Part shown: piece by piece, positions 57,920 to 64,000 of the stretch
Position numbering within the stretch: the first letter of the stretch is position 1
Layout: each line of letters begins with the position of its first letter
NCBI RefSeq assembly: GCF_009914755.1
Contig: NC_060929.1
DNA from: the human T2T-CHM13v2.0 reference genome, Homo sapiens
DNA length: 64,000 bases
Strand: one strand, 5' to 3'
Notes under the pieces: model-generated
Seen by the model: only the letters and a program-made list of their open reading frames with translations
What the model was told of the DNA's origin: nothing
Database searches by the model: none
Made by a program: the position numbers and the translations under genes

Positions 57920-58718
57920 ATGTTACTGAATTCAGCTGGCTTGTCAGCTGAGGGTTGGTTTATATTCTCAAATTTGCCTCATTTTCTTCCACTCTTAGTT
58001 GAGGGCAAAACCAGAAATGTAGTCTGGGTGATATTCTGCCTGTATCCATTCATTTGTAGCCAAAGAACTGGATGGTCAGAGGATTCATGAAGTTGAAAAA
58101 AGATGCATTGTTGACACTTGAGTTGAAGTCAAGTTGTCTTGAGTCTGCAAGGTAGAGAGGGCCCTGCTGGCTTCACCATGTTCAGCAGCTGTGAAGTTGT
58201 TTCTCTCAGGACAAATGATGGTTGCAGACCTTTTAGAAACATTTCATCCTTAGAAATCTAGCATTGATTTTTTTTTTTAAAAAAACATCTTTTGAACATT
58301 ACTGTCATCACTTATGAAATGTGGATAATAATACCTCCCTCTCAGGACAGCTGTGAAAGTTCACAATAGAACTGAAATTCTTCACACATATTATATGTTT
58401 GTTTTATCCAAAGGGTCAAGGTTGACTATGAGAGGATGTGCATGCTAGGAAGTAGCAGAATTCATAGTTTTGCTTTTGTTTTTTTGCTTATACAAGAATT
58501 GTGTTCTTATTGGAACCTTGATAGGATTAGCCCAAGAACATTTTTCTATCCGTGTAGCACTGCATAACTGCCTGTTACCATTCTCCATTTTGACAGCTGA
58601 TGGGGTTTGCTGAGCCACAACATTGTGTCTGTGGTTCCTGACCTTATGATGCTTGTATGGGCATGTGGGGGATGTGAGTTACTTGGTTCTACTGCCACCT
58701 CTTCTATTCTCTTGCTCT

Positions 58719-58816
58719 GAACCAGAGTGCTGGTCTCTGATCTGATGGAGTCAGTGGTGACTGCGGGGAGGGAACCAGGGTGCTGGTCTCTGATCTGATG
58801 GAGTCAGTGGTGACTG
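58719..58816. repeat. 45-bp direct repeat x2 (53-bp period, 1 mismatch)
   Basis: gaaccag(a/g)gtgctggtctctgatctgatggagtcagtggtgactg at 58719 and 58772. Confidence 0.9.
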
Positions 58817-60369
58817 GTGTTGTGGGGGGATCGTCTGCTGTGGGTCCAGGCAGTCTCTCATGTGCTGTGATACCCCCTTTGAGGTAAGTGGAGACACATT
58901 TCTTTCCTGGCAGCTGCAGACCTCAAGCATCAGCAGAGAGCTTTGAAGTTTTCTGGGGAGCTGGAAAGACATTTCATTAAGAAAAAGAATTATTATTGCT
59001 TCCTGACTTTGGTGAGTTAGCAATGGTCTGGTGAATTTGGAAAGCAGCAGTGGACTTCTTGTTTAATTGTCTTGATTTATTTTTAATAAAAAATGAAAAC
59101 TCCTCTAGCTAAATATGATCAGCAAAAATAAACAAAACAAGACAGACAAAACTCTGGCTTTTATTTTGCTAGAGTTGTACAAATGTATATTTGCAAATCA
59201 GAAAGTAAATAAAAACAAATGAAAAATGTGTGTGATTCTGTAATTCTCACAACATGCAGCAGGAATTTAAATGATATTAAATTAACTGAAATACATTTGT
59301 ATTATGTCTTCAGAGTTCGTTTTTAACCTCTCTTCTCTTTTGAATAGGCCTTGGGGTAGGGGTTGTTTTAAGATTGACCCAAATTTAGCCTTCCAACATT
59401 TCCCCTAACTATTGCAGAATCCCTCCTCCTTCCTTTCCTCCTCCTCTTCCTCCCATTCCTTCTCCTCCTCCTAATAATGGATATTTCCTTCTCCTCTGTC
59501 TCTGTGTGAGGAATAGCTCTCTTCCCTAATTGCACGCACAGTGTGGTAGTATGGCTTTTGCTGGCAATAGGAATGATCATGTGCAGACATGGGTTTTACA
59601 AATGTGAATTTTATAGTGGGCTTTTAACTGATGCAAGGAAGACAGAGTAGATATAGCTGATATAGCTGGCATGCTTGATTAAAACATCATACTGATGTGG
59701 CTAATATTTGGCCACAGCTTATCAGACTTCGATTGCATTGTGTTAGGTGAGATGGGGCAATTTACAATATAGACTCCACTTAATGAGTCTGCAGAAGTGT
59801 ACCATGAGGGATGCAGACAATAGAAATACAGTGGGGTGCCCCCTCTCCTTGATGAAGTGATCAGGAGAGGAAATCATGCAGGAGTAGGATCCATTGACGT
59901 CTTGAAGGGCATCTAGGCTTTGAGTGGTGAAAGGAGGAGGAAGGGTATTTCAGGCAGAGTGACTGCAAAGACAAGTTAGGAAGGTCCAGAACCCAGAGGT
60001 ATAACTCGGGGAGAGTGAATAGACTGATTAAATTAAAGCAGGATAAGCAGATAAGAGCTTAGAAGGTGAATGAGGAACAGTGAGTTGGGAAAGGCAAGGG
60101 TTGAAAGATGGAAGTGGAGAGAAAAGCTGGGAAAAGGAGACCCAGGTCAAACATCTTAAAACAAAACCCTCATGAAAGCTAAGGGATCAAGGATTCGGGG
60201 AGAATAGAGCACAGAGATCAGAGAATCAGGCAGAAGTGGAATTAAAAGATAGCCTTACATTAAAGGCAGGGTTGAGAAAAGGGATAAAGGCAAGTGTTTC
60301 CTTCCTAACCTCAAACACTGACTGCCTCCTCTTTCTGCTGGAAGGCTGGCAGTGCTTTGGGTCTCTGGA

Positions 60370-60575
60370 GCACAGTTTAACCCAATGATCAAGCACATGG
60401 ATTTGGTTAATCCTGGGTCCACCATGTGAGCTCTGTGACCTGGGGCAGATTAACCGTGTTGTGCTTCAACATTCCCATCAGTAAAATGGGAGAAAATAAT
60501 AGTTCCTTCCTTAGAGTTGTTGAGATAATTAAGATTAGTCAAAACACATTAAGTGCTTGACCACTATCTGGGCAT
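60370..60575 (-). mobile_element. MIR SINE
   Basis: ctgtgacctggggcagattaacc...cccatcagtaaaatgggagaaaataatag. Confidence 0.7.
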
Positions 60576-61009
60576 TGGCTGTTACTGAGGCTCTTTTTGC
60601 TGCAATGTTTTCTGGAATTAGGGACCTGGCTTGGAGATCTAGCATGGTTTTGAAAGAAAGGACAAGCAGCATTTAAAAAATTAGAAACCAAATCCCTACT
60701 GTAGTCTAGCTAACTGGTTCCTTTATGCTAAAAATTGGACAAGGATTGGAAAACTCCCCTCTCCCAGCCCCTCTTTGTGCCCGTGGATGGTACATAGCAA
60801 TCCTCTTTTCTGTTAGTTTCCAGGGAACATTAAAACAGGGTATGTGGGTTAGACTTTAGCTGAAATACAGAGACAACATGAAAAGCTTGTAAGGCTACCA
60901 GATAATTGAGAAGGTATCACTAATTTTCTGAATGCACAATGCTGTGCTGAGTATCCGTACTTCTCCTATGGAGAGGAAATTAAATTCACTGGCTAAGATG
61001 ATGTGACTG

Positions 61010-61165
61010 ACAGAGTACTATGTGCTTTCCCATACATGATCTCATTTAGCCCCTATCACTATCCCACGAGAAAGGAATCATTATTCTCATTTTGCAGACG
61101 AGAAAACAATTTGAGAGCCATTCACTTACATGTATAAGGACAAATAGCTAGTAAGTGACTCTTAA
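61010..61165 (+). mobile_element. MIR SINE
   Basis: atctcatttagccc...ttattctcattttgcagacgagaaaac. Confidence 0.65.
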
Positions 61166-62450
61166 TCTATGTCCCCTGTAATGAAACATTAAAAACAATG
61201 TTTTGCTCTCCTCCCTCTGAGGAAAATAGAGTGTTTTTTTCTCTTAAAATATTAGAGGAGCTGGGTGATTGCTTAGCATGTCTTCCTAACCTCTACCCTT
61301 GTGATTGCAGGTCCTGAATTTCTACTGATCACAGTAGCTGATGAGAAATGTCTGTGGCATAGTAGCAAGTCTCTCTGAACAATTTAGAATGGACGTTCAT
61401 AAATTAAGGGCATAGATGTCAAAACTGTCATTCTCTGCCTATGAGATGGAGAAAGCTGATTTTATCAGGAGGTAAACTGGTATGTGAAGGTACAGTTTGT
61501 AAAACTGTGTCCTATGATCTGAGCTAGATTCTTCTGAAGACTAATTCATTTTGAAAACTTTATACCAGTGTGAAAAAGTTTTTGGTATAAGAGTTAGTGC
61601 CTGATTCAAATGGTCAAAACAGTTACCCCAGCCTGGCTCCTCATCCTTCAGTAATTTGTGCTCCCAGCTGGATACCAACCAGCCTTACGGGATGCTTGGT
61701 TGGTTGCCTGCATTAGCTGTCAGAGAACCTTATAGAGGAGGAGAAGACCCTTGTGTCTGGGGCTGTCCTGTTGGAAACTCACATCTTGTTTTCCCCAGAG
61801 GAGGGTGAAGGGCTCATTATGCTGCCTGCAGTTTAGCTCTGGGGTTTGCCGGCCCCCTGTCCCCTAATCTACCATCCTGTAGAGAAGGGGAGGGTCAGTC
61901 AGGTTACAGGGTGATCTGTAAAGGAGTCTTTAGTTTTAAAGGTCAGTCTTGCTGACTTTCACGCCTGGATTTAGCCTTAAGCCCATTGTATAAGGCACAA
62001 AATATCACTTTATGCCACTAGACTATGGCCAGCTACTCCCCGCCCAAGCCCACAAGCTGAAGGGCCTCTCTTAACATATCCTTAGGTTTTTGATGGGGAT
62101 TTTTAGTCAAGGCATATTAGTTTTTATTCCAAATGCATTTATTTGAGAGGAAATACATGTTCATAGAAAGGTAACAAAAAGCTACAAAAGGACATAATGT
62201 GAAAAGTGTGTGTTTCAACCATCCTGTGCTCAGAATCCAGTTTCCCACTCCAGAGCTCATCATTATTACCCTTTTCTTATTCTATTTTCTGGGGATATTC
62301 TATATACAAGCAAAACTACATGGATAAAGACCTGGCTTTTATTCTTGTTGTCTTTGGTTTCTTTTCTTCTTTTTTATGTGTATGAATGCTATTTACTTTA
62401 AAGATTTTTCATTTAACAAAATATCTTGCATGGAAATTCTTATAGACCTG

Positions 62451-62827
62451 TGTATTAGTCCTGCCTCTCCAGAGAAACAGAACCAATAGGATATGTGTGT
62501 GTGTGTGTGTGTGCACGCACATGTGCATGCGTGCATGTATATTTATTATAAAAAAATTGGCTGACACCATTGTGGAAGCTGAGAAGTTCCAAAATCTGCA
62601 GTTGGCAAGCTGGAGACCCAGGAGAGCTGATTGATAAGTTCTAGTCTGAAAGCTGGCAGGCTCAAGACCCAAGAAGAGCTGAGGTTTCAGTCTGAGTCTG
62701 AAGGGCAGAAAAAAACAATGTTCCAGCTAAGCATGCAGGTAGGAGGAATTCCCCCTTACCCATGGGGAAAATTTTTTTTGCTCAGCCTTTTTGTTTAATT
62801 CAGGCCTTCACATGATTGGATGAGGCC
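62451..62827 (-). mobile_element. MLT2 (ERVL) LTR, truncated, with (TG)n
   Basis: tgtattagtc...ccagagaaacagaaccaataggata(tg)n...gcaagctggagacccaggagagc...gattggatgaggcc. Confidence 0.88.
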
Positions 62828-62829
62828 TG

Positions 62830-63168
62830 TGACTTTTCCAGCTTCTTGAGCTTCATTCCTGGCATTATTTGGCTCATGGATCATTCTTCCATCTTCAGAG
62901 CCATCAGGATAGCATCTTCAAATTCTCTCTGCTTTGTTATCACATTCTCTGCTCTTCTGTCTCTGTGTCAAATCTCCCTCTGTCTCCTTCTTATGAAGAC
63001 ACTTGTGATTATAGTTAGAGTCCGCCTGATATCCAAGATAATGTTCTCATCTCAATATCCTTAATTCAATCACATCTGCAAATTTCATTTTGTCATATAA
63101 GGTAACAGTCAGAGGTTCCATAGATTAGGACCTGGATATCTTTGGGGGCCCATTATTTAGCTTGCCAC
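62830..63168 (-). mobile_element. MLT1 (C/D/E-like) LTR fragment
   Basis: ttttccagcttct...ccatcttcagagcca...aatcacatctgcaaa...ggggcccattatttagcttgccaca. Confidence 0.85.
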
Positions 63169-64000
63169 ACAGTCTAACTTTGTTTTAGTTTTATCCTTGC
63201 TCTACCTTCCCATCCTCTGAAAATGATGATGTTGATATTGCTGCAGAAGAAATAGAAGGGAACATGATTCACATCTGATTTCATAGACTCTCCTGTTTCA
63301 TTATCTTTCTCAATTTGGAGAGTTACAATTGTTTTCTACTCTAGAATCTTTGGTCATGCTATAAATATTAATAGAGAGCCTATTATAGTGCTAGAAATAT
63401 AGCAAAACAGACATGCAGCCTACCTAACCTTATGGGGCATATAGGAGAGAAACATAATAAAATAATCATGCAAATGTAGGGCTATGAAAGATAACTGCAG
63501 ACAACTTTGAGCATGTAGAGTAGGTGCTTTATATTCCAACATAATGTTTTGTATATAATGGGGATGTTACAACACTGGGGAGATATTATGATATTTGTCC
63601 GCTTCCCCCCAGGGATGTGGCAAAATTCTTCATAATTGTGCTTAAACTTATCTGGGAGTAGGAAACTCACATTGGTATGTAGGAACAGGGTTGTTACTGG
63701 TGAAAGAAATTCTTACAAGGGCCCTATCTAAACAGAAATCAAGCAGGGGGAACACAACTCCTCCAAACAAAGAAATATTTCCCCTGAGAAAATATTTTGA
63801 TGGAACAAGTTATTACATTTTCTTAGAAACTCTGAGCAGAGGATGAGGTTGGTTTCTGTTGCTTTATATGTGATGAATTTAAGTTTAAGGAATGGTTCAT
63901 GCTGGGCCTAGGATTAGCATCAAAGTGAATTGGAATTTGTGCCTTAGGAATAATGCTATCAGGGAGAGAAATGATACTTTTAAGCCATTTTTTCTAAGAT

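Noticed and set aside
59716-59728. agcttatcagact, a 13-nt match to miR-21-5p
   Set aside because: Diverges afterwards and shows no pre-miRNA-length hairpin; expected by chance over all miRNAs

Overview
Primate (very probably human) non-CpG-island genomic DNA. The only protein-coding gene I can support is the intronless actin retrogene ACTBL2 (beta-actin-like 2, kappa-actin; minus strand, ATG 31425 to stop 30295, 376 aa). It has a TATA-like/GC-box promoter and candidate proximal and distal poly(A) signals. The rest is a mammalian repeat landscape: Alus, MIR/L2, MER1A/5A/20/58A, MADE1 halves, MaLR/ERV1/ERVL LTRs, a degraded ERVL-type provirus and several L1s. The most striking object is a 5'-inverted (twin-primed) L1PA2-like insertion about 4.3 kb downstream of ACTBL2 on the same strand. 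Its ORF2 is open for 1266 codons because the inverted piece supplies a new in-frame ATG, which is preceded by a plausible splice acceptor. A good donor site in the ACTBL2 3'UTR makes a spliced ACTBL2-ORF2 bicistronic transcript conceivable, but this is a hypothesis only. Other oddities: an L1-retroposed ERV LTR 3' end with TSDs, a displaced and inverted ERVL protease fragment, two old dispersed short duplications flanking ACTBL2, and two complementary MADE1 halves 22.8 kb apart. Repeat family names come from recalled consensus sequences, and boundaries of old repeats are approximate.
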